Part shown: in pieces, positions 40,549 to 53,884 of the stretch
How positions within the stretch are numbered: the stretch's first letter is position 1
Layout: each line of letters begins with the position of its first letter
Assembly: GCF_006345805.1 (NCBI RefSeq)
Contig: NC_042997.1
Coordinates: 150,908,001 to 150,972,000, forward strand
DNA from: Octopus sinensis
Lineage: Eukaryota
Reading direction: 5' to 3'
DNA: 64,000 bases
Translations under genes and position numbers: made by a program
The notes under the pieces: generated by a model
What the model was told of the DNA's origin: nothing
Seen by the model: only the letters and a program-made list of their open reading frames with translations
The model's database searches: none

Positions 40549-43500
40549 CTTGTGGTGGGTGAGCAGATTTTCTTTAACGTAATTTTCTTATGTATGTACT
40601 TTGGATTAAGATGCTTCATTCAAACCTTTTAACTTCATTCTCTCCATGCAAAGGTATTATTAGATTCATCAATAATTAATACAATAAATATGACGTTTTG
40701 AAAGTACATCACTGTCAATTACATTCATATACCATTTCTCTTAGCTTGATTTTCGCAGAAGCTTGTTTGTTGAATAATTCATTTAAGTAAGTCGCAAGTG
40801 ATTCAAAAACATTAAAATAAAATATGCATGTGCTATCAGTTTTCTCTCCAATAATCCTGGGTTCCAAACTATGGAATGTAGTAGGCTTAAGCCTACACCT
40901 TGAGAGTTTTTATACATAACATACATTGTAGTAACTTAGACAGCGGTTCTTTCTATATTTAGAGATTCTCACTTGAGACATAAGAGTATTTAAATCTTAC
41001 AAACAGATTCTATAAATTAATTTCCAATTATCAGTCACTTAAAAGTCGGAGAAAAGTAGATAATTGTATAAAAATAAGTCTTACAATGTACTTTGATAGA
41101 TTTGAGTATTATGAAATGTAGTAAACACATTTACCTGTCTAAATGTTTATTCATACGTTCAGGTGATATCTCTAGAGAATTCAACTTATCTATATGTGTA
41201 CATCAATTTGAAATAACCCAGACTACATAATAAATATAAAATAACACCTTTACTCTGCAAAAAATTTTTCTCTAATTTTCTACTTTATTATTTTCCAGAT
41301 TTATTTATTTATTTATTGTTTTATTATTACTAAATTTCTACACAGTGTTGAAAAACAGTGATTGTTAAAATCTAGCATTACATTTACTCTTCAATTCAGA
41401 GAAAAGGTAAGTAACACAGACGCAAATTTATTTTTGTTTTTTTATGTTGAGCATATTTTCTATGCTTTTAGTGTAATATTGATTTTACACGATATTTGTT
41501 CATCGATTACCATGTCTTTTCTTCATAGACAAATATGATGGTGTTAGAATGATCACATACTAAACTCACATCAAGAAAAAACATTATTAACATTTTTCGG
41601 TATATCAAGTTTTATTTTCAATCAGAAGCTACTTTTGTATAACATTTCTATAAAATGAATGATGGCAATAGTTTTCTCGTTGTGACAATAATTCTGTTTG
41701 TATATCACGTCTCATTGATACTAATATTTCATATTGTTACGCATAGTGGATTACCGCAGTAAGTCTAAATATTTTTGGGAAATCGTTTTAAATTAATCGA
41801 GGGCCAAGTTCTGAAACTAAACAGGCTGAGGGCGTGAGTCTAAAACCAATGACAAGATATAACCCATTCAACTGTAATTCTCGTAGTTACCGTATTCCGG
41901 ATTCAACTCAGAAAGATTGAATCAACTCGAAGCTTCGACACAGAACATTTAACCTAAATGCTACCCCTGACACCGAACAAGAATTTATGTGAAATTGAAG
42001 CGCCGTCTTAAACACTGTATCATTCATAGCTCATTAAATGCTTATAGTTGTTTTCTTTATAATATCATTGGACAAGATTTTGATTAATATTTGATTCAGC
42101 TTTCATTTTGAGAATATTGCAGGCAATCGCTTAATGAATTTTAAATAAGTAAGCAACTAGAATGTTATGAAAATATCCTCCCATATCGATTGAGATGTTT
42201 AATAAATTGCGTTTAATGGAATGATGGATACTCTATTCAGTTATTTCCTATATCCCGAATTGCGTAATGAAACGGTAATCTAGCGACAACGCCAGATACG
42301 TAAGGGAGCTCATACATATGGATCTAGTTTGCTTGTTACATTCTTCATGTTCCTGTTTTATGGTGGTAAATGTGTCGATAAAAATCATTTCACTACATAC
42401 TCCCTTTTCAATACGATGCATCGTAAGTAAATTATAACTTAAGTATACTACAAAGAAAATTTCAGGATAAAATTTTAAAATGTTTATATTTACAACTTCT
42501 AGCTGAGAAATCAACGTATCCACGAATTTCAACATTGATCAATATAAATAATACATATTATATGCGGTATTTATTTCGGCATCGACCGCAAGGTTACACC
42601 GCTTTCGTTACTATTTCCCTATTATTTTCTCATTTTCACCTACATCTTACCTTTAACTCATTCATATCCCATTTAACACAGTCACCCCTAACTAAACACC
42701 TGCATCCCACATCGCCCATCCGTCTGTTCCTTACGGATACATGAACTTGTATATGTAAACAATATCCCGACACCTCCTGTCTCCTTAACTCCAACATAGA
42801 ACCACATTCTTAATCGGCTTCTAACATTTTTCTCCGTTTCATTTCCTCTCATTTCTACAACTCTTCTTCATGTCTTGTCAAGACAAGTTTCCTTTTTCTT
42901 TCCATTTTCTTTTCAAGCCTGAGACTCATGTGAATACTTGTCCCTCTAGTACATTTCTTCTTTTTCCTCATTTATTGTATATAAGTGTGTGTATGTATGG
43001 AGAGGGAAACATACATTCTTTAAAGTGGAATAGTTTGCGCATCATTGATAAAACAGAATAAAAACGTTTCGTGAAGAAAATACCAAGTATCTGAGTTGTG
43101 ATTTCTAGATAGGCCCTCTTTATGTGAGATCGTTGTGCTTGTAACTGTTCCGTATGACAATATCTGGGACAATATCTGGGATACTGATTCGGGTCATATG
43201 TGAATTGATATTTTCACAGCTGGCCTGACGTCTATCGCTACTGTGTCAGTTAGGCCCACCACTGCAACGGCTGCTACAATTGAAAAACCTGTTTGGGATT
43301 TCGAATAACATCGTCATTCAGGTCTAGGTTTCAATTCCGATAACCATTGCAAAATAATTTCGCTAGAAAGCTCCTGTCGGCTACTTCTAAAAAGCGGTGC
43401 ATGTATATGTAGGACTGCCTTAGTCGCAATGATAAAGAGAAATCTTATCACATAAGCATGTCAGTTGAGAAAGTAGTGCACCTTCTGATCGGTTCAAATA

Positions 43501-43849
43501 TAACGACGTTGACAGACTTGTTGGCGCAATGCGCCTCGGCGAATCACATATTTTACGACGTTAGATTTTTCGATGTGAAATGTGATAAAGTATGGAAGTT
43601 TGCTCATACTGAAAGGTTTGGTATTAGAGATGTTATAGTCAAAAGAAAATGAATAACCTATAGATCTATTTCCGTGATAACTGTTGCGATGGTTGTAACA
43701 AACTTAGATAATTTGCAACTTGTAAAATTCAAAACAATATCTTGTGGTTACATACTACTCAAAGAAGCTATATGTCTTATTAAATCGAACATGCATTTTC
43801 TTTCAGTACTTTCCATTTCCTTATTCCTCTCTCTCTCTCTCTATATATA

Positions 43850-44770
43850 TATGGCCATCCGGATTCCCGTTTGCGCCGTGAACAGGAATTAATCTTCTCT
43901 CTTCGCTCTTATACGCCATTTGGTCTCAACTCTCCCCCCTCCTCATCTAACCCCCTCCCCCTCCTCATCTAACCTCCCCCCCGACCCCTACTTCTCTTCA
44001 GTCCTTCATCCTTTCAACCCTACTCCTCTTCCCTTCTTCCCTCTTTCTCCATCCCTCCTTCTTCCCTCTTCTTCCCTCTTTCTCTCTGCTCCCTCACTCC
44101 CCTTCTCTCTCTCCCCTTCTCCCTCTATCCTCCCTCCTCCTCTCCCCTCCTCTTCTCCTCTCCTTCCTTCTACCCCTTCTCTCCCCTCCTCTTCTCCTCT
44201 CCTTCCTTCTCCCCCCTTCCCCTCCCCTTCTCCTCCTTCCCCCTCCCCTTTCTTTCTCCCCCCTCTCCATCCCCTCCCCTCTCCACCTTACCTCCCCTCT
44301 TCCCTCATCTCCTCTCTCTACACTACACCATACGACTTTACACATCACATCATATATACATACACACGTCCAGACCTCTCATACGCACTAATACTCTCTC
44401 ATACACACACACACACACTCTTCTCATACCACACCACCTCTTATGTTGGAGCGAGGTCATTTAACCCTATTATCTCCCCTAATTTCGCTCTTGCGTCTCA
44501 CGTTTGATCTTTGACTTCTGGCCGAAATCAATCGCCATGTTGATTCGCTAGCCTCTGCACGCATTTTTTCTCTCCTTCTTTCTGTGTTTTTTCTCTGTGT
44601 ATCTTTCTGTTGAAGAGCGTAGGCTCGAAACGTTAAAGACTTGTTTTATTTATATTTCCTGAGCGCCATACTAATACAATTGTTTGTTTGTATTCCACCT
44701 GCCTTCGTCTTTTGTTTATTTCCGTAAACCTGCCTTCGTCTTTTGTCTATTTTCATAAAGCTTCCCGTTA
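43850..44770 (+). mobile_element. Penelope-like element 3' end
   Basis: GHPDSRLRREQELIFSLRSYTPFGLNS, a pyrimidine-rich UTR, then ctttctgttgaagagcgtaggctcgaaacgttaaagac and the same tail as 34.7 kb. Confidence 0.85.
44603..44640 (+). ncRNA. Minimal hammerhead-like motif with variant core
   Basis: UCUUU-CUGUUGA-A-GAGC[GUAG]GCUC-GAAACGUU-AAAGA: palindromic AACGUU at stem III, A6 replaced by U, extra A after A9. Confidence 0.55.
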
Positions 44771-44846
44771 TATATATTTATATATCTCACACACACGCAC
44801 ACACTCACTCCATGTATGTGTATCACACAAAGTCTCACGGTATATC

Positions 44847-44897
<51 letters not shown>

Positions 44898-45544
44898 GTC
44901 TGTATGTATGTATGTCTATCTGTCTGCCTATCCACCTATCCGTCTATCATTAACATTCACATGTTTCTAATCTTGTCCACGTTTTCCCTTCCCCTTTTGC
45001 CCTAGTACTAGTCGTACTCAACAGAGATAGCAAATACTACATCGTCCCACAAGAGCATATTGTTTGATAGTTAATTAATGCGAGGAATTTGAGAAATATG
45101 ATTATGGTAGATGTGGGCAATTAATGAATATAGATATTACATAATTTGAATATACGTGTTTTCCACTACGGAGAAGGTCAATCTATTTATCATACAGCAT
45201 ACAAAACAGACAAAGAGGAAATAAGCTATATTCAATGTAATTGAAAACAGTCGATCATTTGTTTGTGCTTTAATACAGCTACCTACTTAAGTTGTCTGCA
45301 TCGATAAGTTGTCAGGCTCTCAACTGAAGCCGTCTCTTATCTTATTTTTGAGCAATAAAATTCTTCTGTTTACTTGTCTGTCCAGAGTACAAAAAGAGAT
45401 CGGATGATGGCAGGCCGACAGACTTGTTGAAATCTAATGATGCCAAATTTAATCTTCTACCATATATTGTTGACTTTTCAAGCTATTCCCTCTTATAAGG
45501 AGAGAAATGATACTGTAATAGTATATCATAATAGTTCATGTGAG

Positions 45545-45584
<40 letters not shown>

Positions 45585-46214
45585 TGTTTGTGTGTGTGTG
45601 TCTGTGTGTAGCATCAAAACAGATAGGGATTAATACGGGAAGGGAGTCAGACAAAATATTTCTTAAGCTCTCTGCAGAGAAAATATATACGAGGCTAACA
45701 AAAATATCTTGTGGTCTTATGATCGATATTCTACTCCAGGTAATCCGAAGTTGAAGGCCAAAGTCGAAGTTCATAACCAGTCAAAGTTCTAAATTCGTTG
45801 CTTTAATACCCGCTTGAGATGGTATGTTATTACGGTGTGAATATAAAATAAACAAAATTAATGGGTCATATAAATTTATTCATTTATTTATTTATTTATT
45901 TATTATAGGCGGACAGCTATTTCAGGTATGCATTTTTGTACTTTCATGGTTCAATTTTATCAAACGACTGACAATATAAGAACCACCATCCCGACGCTAT
46001 CGTCTCCAGGACCAAAACAAATTGCCAAAGAAGCAGAGGAAAAGAAAAGAAAGAGGATAGGATTTGGTCAGTGTATCATTCTTACGGAAATATGTCACCT
46101 CTTCTAGCCATGTACCTTAAGCTATTCTTCTTTTTTACCAATAGTGAGCAGTATTGATCTCCAATAAACAATTTGATACACGACATCTTTAAGGTCAATG
46201 GGTATGTTGCTCGG

Positions 46215-46955
46215 GATCTTGAAGAACAGAGTAGAATTGACAAGAATTGCAACCTCTCTTGGACACAAGACCTCTACATCACATCACAATGTGAAGGTTA
46301 TGCATTTGCAATCCAGTAACAGGAGATTTCCACAAACTATCGGGTGAACTACAGAGACAGTAATGCTCTTGTTATCCCAAAGTGCAACCGCCTGTGTAGG
46401 CTATGTCATGTTTCCGTGGATGACTTTACGCATGAGATTAGCATGTGTTCGTCAGAGTGCTATCTCCCTATGCGGCACGATGTCGTTACTAAGGCAATTT
46501 ACAATGCCATCCGAAAAAAAAGATGTTAACATAAGGCTGAAGAGTACAAAGAGTACAGCTATGCTGAACTATTGAGAAATCTGCAGTTACTCTGTCCAGA
46601 TTACTAGTTCAGGTTTCTACCTGTGATAACTGGGCCTCCAGGATGTGTAACACACCTCCTTAATATCAATCTTGACAAATTAGGATTCTCAAAGCTAGAA
46701 AGGAGAAAGCTAATTCGAAGAATGCAGATTCAATCCATCACTGGAACTGCAAGAATCTGTAAAAGTTTCCAGAAGTTTATCATTTAGATAGATATGAGCA
46801 TGTCTAGATATGCAACTATATGCATGGAAATACATACGTAAGACATACAAATCTGCACATACATACATGCATGCATACATACCTACATATGTAAAAACAT
46901 ACATACATACATACATGCATGCATACATACCTACATATGTAAATACATACATACA

Positions 46956-46989
<34 letters not shown>

Positions 46990-47110
46990 CACACATAAAT
47001 ACCTTGTTGCTGATGTTGAAATTCCAATGAAGGAGCATCGGCTCTAGGTTAGGAATCGGTTCTTTCTTTATTTGCAAGAATTCTGGATATAAACTGAATA
47101 ATGACATACA
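46215..47110 (+). mobile_element. R4-clade-like (RLE) non-LTR element 3' part, decayed
   Basis: EGYAFAIQ*QEISTNY…CRLCH…THEISMC…YLPMRHDVV; 3' UTR shared with 63150-63450. Confidence 0.8.
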
Positions 47111-49630
47111 TACATACGTACATACATACATACATACATACATACATACATACATACATACATACATACATACATACATACATACATACATACATACATA
47201 GACGCACATATATTTTTCACATACTTATAGAATTCTTTATAGTTTCACTTTGAAAATATTCCCTCAACCTTACGTACATATATACGTGTCGGTTTGTATG
47301 TGTACAATTGTATATGTATGGGTGTGTACTCACTTGTATGTTAGTGTGTTAAGCAGCTATTCATGTAATTTAGCGTAATGTATAACTGCTTTATATACAT
47401 CAGCCGGTGTCATAATGCATGATGTACTCATCCCGTAGAATTCAAATTTTCTGGCAGAGTGAATAATTGCGTAACGGTGCTGTTTTCCTCACAGACTATA
47501 CTCAAAAGCCCTACTATACTGTGTACTCGACAAAATAGAAACAAACAAACATAAAATAGCGATAATTTACCCATCACACTATACATATATATATATATAT
47601 ATACGTATATATACGTTCCTAGTTACCATGGAACTATGTTTAGAAAGCCTAATTGTCAGTACAAATGCCATAAAATGTTCCATTAAAACTTAAATATTAT
47701 GTGATATTCGAGAAATATATACTAACCGAATCACTAATTCTAAATATTGTCGTAAAATTATAGCATTTAAATACATGAAAGTTATTTGATATACGTACCT
47801 TTCATAGTCTCTTTTTCCCTTCATTTTCACCTACTTTACAGGATCATATTCATAAACTAAAATATAATTCGTCGAAAAATTCAAAGGAACTTATTTATGT
47901 CTTTCTCTTATTAATCTACCGTTAGCTCTTTAGTATTTGTCCTCGGTTATGCCACGTTCTGTAAAAACTTATTGCCGCTCTTTTTCCCCTTCTTTCTGTC
48001 GTTCTTAATAGTTGTGTTTGGTATATATTTTTGTGAAGTTAATTGTCATTTGTTAACACTGCTTTTCGTAGGTCCGTAAAATTCTACATTGTTTGCTCTA
48101 ATATATTTAAGTAGATGTATTTGCATTAATTTGTTATGTATTGATGACTAATTAAGTATGTGGAAAATGCCCAGTGTAGTCTATGGCAACAACAGGACAA
48201 TTGGTTTGAAGCGTATAAAAGTAGCATATAGACGTCTTTCAATTAGCGATATTTGTTCCATTGCATTTTCTCTTGTCGAGTTCATTGACTTGAGAAAATA
48301 ATACTTCTCTTATCAAAATATTCACTTGCTGATTATTTCTGATTTCTATACCACTTCCTATATTTGTGTGTATGTATATATGTATGTACGTATGTATGTG
48401 TGTGCGTGCATGTGCCTGTGTGTGTGTGTACATGCTTCTGTATGTTTCTGTGACTGGAGTGTGTGTATATATGTCTGTGTGTGTCAGTATCTGTATATGT
48501 CTATATCAATATATATATATATGATGGGGCATAATGAGGGAAAATGTCAGTAGTTATTTAGCTGGCGGACTTTGGTTGATGAGAAATCACGCGCCAATTT
48601 GGAGCTAAATTTCGAAACCGGTACCAAGTTGACCAGCATGTACTTGTTCTGACTCATTTGAGGTAAGACATTTTTATTGTTCCCTGCTAAATTTTCCTAT
48701 CTTGTCTATAATAGATTTTTGTCTATTCGGTGGTACAGAAGTAATTTTTGACTTCTATCAATAGCAATATAGGTATTCATGTGTATATATGTACATATCT
48801 AATGTTGTATATTTATATATTTTATTAATTTGCCTGTACGGCTGACAATTTGCTTACCACTTGTGATGGTATTTTAATAATAGCATCCCTATATCTATAT
48901 ATATATATATATATATATAATAGAACTATGATTATTTATATTACAAAATATGTATGAAATTCGAAATAATTTGTTGGTCTTTTATAGTCTTTATAATCAT
49001 TTATGTAATATTATGTTATGTTATATATTATATTCATAGTATTTAATGTAATATAGTAATATAAATAAATTATTGGATTTTCAATAGAATATCTCTATAT
49101 TTTATTTTTCTTTATACACACATATATATATATATGTGCGTGTATGTGTGTGCGTGTGTGTGTGTATGTAAGTATATGTGTACAGATATATGCGCATGTT
49201 TATATCTATAAACAGGACTATTTTGATATGAGTGAGTGGGCGAGAGAGTGAGAGAGAGGCGAGATAGAGAGAGAGAGAGATAAAGAGAGAGAGATGTGAA
49301 GTAGCCAATCTTCTATCGTCGCCAAAATGAGGCAAAGTTTGGTAATATAGCAATAAATGTATACATGCGTAGGTATGATTATTGAAAATGTATTAGTGTG
49401 TATTGTCTGGACCAATTATTTAATGATATATTCTCAAAGTAGAATTAGAATGTCGCGAATACATAAAAAATGCTCTACTATGTGCATGACATATATTTTC
49501 TGTTTTTTGTATCAATGCACAACCATGTGTCAGTCAATTCCTTCCCTCAATCTCGCACGCTTTCGGTATCTCTATTTTGCTATTCTCAATATATATATCT
49601 CTAAATGTAATATGTGACAATTATTCCGTA

Positions 49631-49792
49631 GCCATGATAAAACTCCGAGTTTCTGATGCCGGGGTGGAAATCCATCTCTTCAGTTATCCGGCCAGTTATC
49701 CGGAAAAATTGGTATGAAATTCCTATGGCCGGGTAACTGAAGAGATGGCGGCGTGGATTTCCACCCCGGCATCTGAAACTCGGAGTTTTATC
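49631..49792. ncRNA. Inverted pair of hammerhead-like motifs
   Basis: Arms 49636-49693 and 49727-49792, each reading outward G(A/G)UAA-CUGAAGA-GAUG…CAUC-(A/U)-GAAA-CUCGGAG-UU-UUAUC. Confidence 0.55.
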
Positions 49793-50960
49793 TGCTGGTC
49801 CTGATGGATTCGCAGCAATCCTCCTCAAAACGTGTAAGCGTGCCCTGGCAAAACCACTACAGATTCTCTTCCAGAGGTTTCTTGCAAATGGCAGGTTTAC
49901 AAGCAAATTGAAAGGGAATAATATGCCCAATCCATAAGAAGGAAGCAGAGCAGATGCCAAAATCCTATCTATCTGACTTCATACATCAGCAAACGGATAG
50001 TCAGAGGGAAACTAATCGCGCTCCTTGAAGAATACGATTTGCTGAGTGACACCCAACATGGCTTCCGACCAGGTAGGAACTGCCTGACCCAGCTTTTACA
50101 GCACTATGACTGGGTGTTGTGGCAGTTACCCAACAACCCAAAGTGGACGTAATATACCTTGACTTTTCAAAAGCTTTTGATAAAATGGATCATGGTATAT
50201 GTCTCAAATTGCGTGATCTTGGCATAGCAGAAAACTTGAAAAGTGGTTACATGATTTTCTGAAAGATAAGTCAGGCAGCAGTGGCCAATAGAGCCACCTG
50301 TATGAACACAAAAATAGTGAGCGGTGTTCCACAGGGCACGCTTTTGGGTTCACTTCTTTTCCTACTGACCGTCTTCGATATACGCTCAGCTGCTACGTAG
50401 ACGATACGAAAGCCTCGCAGAAAAGCACACCTGCAGCAGAAGTTGGACTCATATTACAGATGGAATGAGGACAACTGAAAAGTTGCAAGTCTTCTGTTCT
50501 CAGCTTCCAAAACTGAATATAAAACTTACAGGGTGCACTGGTCTACAGGGTACTACAATCCCAGAACCTAAATCAGTGAGCTACCTGGATATCGACATGG
50601 ATGATAATACCTCTTTCCAAGTGCACATTACCAGGATGGTGACAAAGTGCAGTCGAATGGCTGGATGGATCCCGAGGACGTTCCCAACGAGAAGAAGGGA
50701 ACAATGATTGTTCTTTGGAGGACATTCGTCCTCAGCCGCTTGGACTACTGCTCCCTGTTATGGTCCCTCAGCTGTGTAAAATTAACCGCGGAACTTCACA
50801 AAGAAGACCATCTTATTACAACAGCTCAGCTAATGGAAATACTGAAACAGCTAAGGCTCAACTACTTGGAGTGAAGGCGGGAAAGGTATGCAGTAACATA
50901 AATCTGGAAGATCCCTGAAAGCATTTTCCCAAGTTTTGGCATCGAAAGCAATACCTACAA
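49793..50960 (+). mobile_element. CR1-like LINE RT region, decayed
   Basis: AGPDGFAAILLKTCKRALAKPL…TQHGFRPGRNCLTQLLQHYD…VIYLDFSKAFDKMDH…SGVPQGTLLG…LWRTFVLSRLDYCSLLWS. Confidence 0.9.
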
Positions 50961-51088
50961 GTTGATATCATTAGGCTGTAGCCGACATAATAAAATAGGA
51001 ACTTTTATAAGCTAACACAAAAACGTTTCCCGTCACCGAACTTACAGGAAATATGTGTGTGTGCATGTATGTGTGTGTGTGTATGTGT

Positions 51089-51144
<56 letters not shown>

Positions 51145-51145
51145 G

Positions 51146-52110
51146 TACGAGGTGGGGCTGCTGAAAAATTCATGGCATCGATACAATAAAATACTCGAGG
51201 ATCAGTTAATCATGATTCTACTTATCATATTCCTCTCTCAGCTTCACACGCTTATTGCAGCGGCCCTTCATTTGGGAAACTTGCATCCTGATATTACGAG
51301 CGATCATATTCTGAGCAATTCGTGAATCAGTAACAATCTTTTTTTTCTCTCTCTCTCCTAACTGGAATGCGAGGTTTGAACCGATAATGCACAAAGTTGT
51401 GATAGGCAACCCAGCGAACATCTTCTTAGACTTTAAGCTCTCTGCCAACCCTCTGCCCTGAGATATTTGTTTATTTATCAAAAGGATGAACCGCCAAGTT
51501 GATTTAGGCCTGATTTGCACTCGTATCACCGAGAGCCGGGGCAAAGATCCAGAGGTATTCTTTTCGACATCCTAATGACTCAATAAATGCTGTGAAACAA
51601 CAACCCACACACAAATTTATAGATATATTATCTAATAATGATTTCAAATTCATGCAACTTAAGTTTCCTGGACCTCGCAGACATGTAAAACGGAACTACA
51701 TAACAATAAGAGCCATAGATTAGAGTCAAACTACTCTTAGTGAATAATATATATGACTCCTACCAAATGTTCTGCGTGTCACTTTCGTTTTTCTTTTTTT
51801 TGCATATTCACACATGTGTATGTATGAATGCACGCATACACATGACATACACACGCGTATATATACATACATAATGCTATTACGGCCAACGGTCATTTTC
51901 AAGATTGCAGCCACCGATAGTCAACGCACAAGACAGCTTCACACTCTTATTGCACCGGCCCTTCATTTGGGAACCTCGCATCCTGGCATTAGGATCAATC
52001 ATCTTCTGAGCAATTCTTGAATCAGTCGCGATCTTTTTTTCTTCTTCTCCTAACTGGAATGCGAGGTTTGAACTGATAATGCTTTCCCCAACCCAAAACA
52101 CCACCACGTG
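51146..52110. repeat. Two related ~170-bp mariner-derived segments (51238-51390 and 51937-52085)
   Basis: cagcttcacac.cttattgca.cggcccttcatttgggaa…ctcctaactggaatgcgaggtttgaac occurs twice; mariner-like TIR tacgagg…gctgaaaaattc at 51146. Confidence 0.6.
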
Positions 52111-52329
52111 GACTCTGTTGAGACCAGAAAGAAACAATTATGAACATTTTTATTACACTTAACTTAAAAAAATTTTTTTGATAAGGTTGATTATTTTCAA
52201 GATCAACCGAAACATGTAAAATCTCTAAGAAAATTAAAATTTACCTTATATAGTGACGTCTTCAAACTTCTTTTTTATAAATATATACCCACTCGTATAC
52301 CACCTACAATTTTCATAAATATATATATA

Positions 52330-52560
52330 AAATAAAATACAAAATGGGACAAGGACGCAAAACGTCCGGATAACTAGGTGATACAAAAAGGGACAACAAA
52401 ACATCCAGATAGACGATACAAAACAAAAAAAAACACGGACGGGTCATTCGAAGCCATTTATTTTCAGTCAAGAACCGGTTCATCCTCGCAAGTTCGGCTG
52501 ATTAATCTTGATATATATATAGGGTTATATTTAGATTTTTATCTTCTTACACATATCTTT
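52330..52560 (-). mobile_element. Penelope-type tail fragment
   Basis: Resembles the T-rich terminal repeats (…ggatgttttgttgtccc…cgtccttgtccc) seen with such elements; recognised by pattern only. Confidence 0.35.
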
Positions 52561-53840
52561 GTCACGGCATGGTAAATTTATGAGAGTTAGAATTTTTTTT
52601 TTTTAATTCTATTTAAATCCTTAATATAGATCACTGAATGCGTACTTATATACCTTGCTTTATATCCAGAAGTAGCTTAAATTTCGTAGAATGTTAATGG
52701 AAAACATTTTAGAGCAAATTGTAAGAATGTGTTAAAAAGAATTAAGAATGAATAATGAGCGTTTTCATTCTATCCATCATGCGCTCGCGAAAACACATTT
52801 GCTATCAATAGGAAGATGGTAACTGAAGCGAAATGACGAACAAAATGGGAATTGTGAATAATGAGAAAATATACAAATCTAATTTTCTCACCACCCCTGT
52901 GCCTCTGACACGAACATTCAAACTCGTATATTCATTATTTCCTGATACGGTAGGGTAACTACATGCAGTGACTTATGTGATATTCACTTCTAACACACTT
53001 ACTGTCTGGAGGGCAACTAATTATTTCAACAATCATTTCTGTTTTAGGATATCAGAGAAATAACATCTAAGTACGACGGATGTCCAATAAACAAGTCATT
53101 AATTTGTCTTTTTCTTTAAAAAAAAACTTGGTACTTATTTAGCATCTCCTGCTATTCTTGCAATCATTTTGTCATCGCGTTCTATTTTATCTAGTGTTAT
53201 TCGATATGAGAACATCACTTTTATTGCTGCACCAGAGATACTTGACATAATGAAGCATTCAATCTACTTCTGCAATTGTGGCTCATCTACTCTTCATCAT
53301 GGATCGTTGTTTCACATATTGTGCCAGTTAGATACAGTACATATATCTTCTAGAAATGTTGTTGTTACGTTAAGAAGCAAGAAAGTGTGATTGAGATCTA
53401 ACTTGATAAGATTCCATTAGTGGCTTGTCGGACTAAAAACTTTTTATTGGTTTCCTTGGAAAATGCTATGTTCAAAGTTTTGTTATGTACGGATTCCAAA
53501 CATGAGATAAATAGGGTAAGTAGTGCATTTTTATGTAAGAGACATGCGGTCAGAAAGAGAGAAAGAAATGGGACAGAGGGGGAGATATATAGATATTGAT
53601 ATTCTGATTTAAAAACGGAATCTCCAAGCACATAAAACTACGTGATGGTAAGTATATATTTTGCCGAAAAGCCCGTTTTGGGATAAAAACTATTTGAAGA
53701 AGGCTTAAAAAGTAATGAGCTCCGATAGATTCATTGTTCCCCGCCAAACTACGCATACTCCCGTAAGTTTATGAATTGTTATGACGTCAATCCTATGTAT
53801 CAGTACGCGTGCACGTCAGTAATATACATACATATATATA

Positions 53841-53878
<38 letters not shown>

Positions 53879-53884
53879 AATATA

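Noticed and set aside
43080-43340. Possible LTR-retrotransposon gag remnant
   Set aside because: Only a vague similarity, with no LTR, PBS or pol motifs.
48562-48579. LADFG kinase-like motif
   Set aside because: Immediately followed by a stop, with no other kinase motifs nearby.
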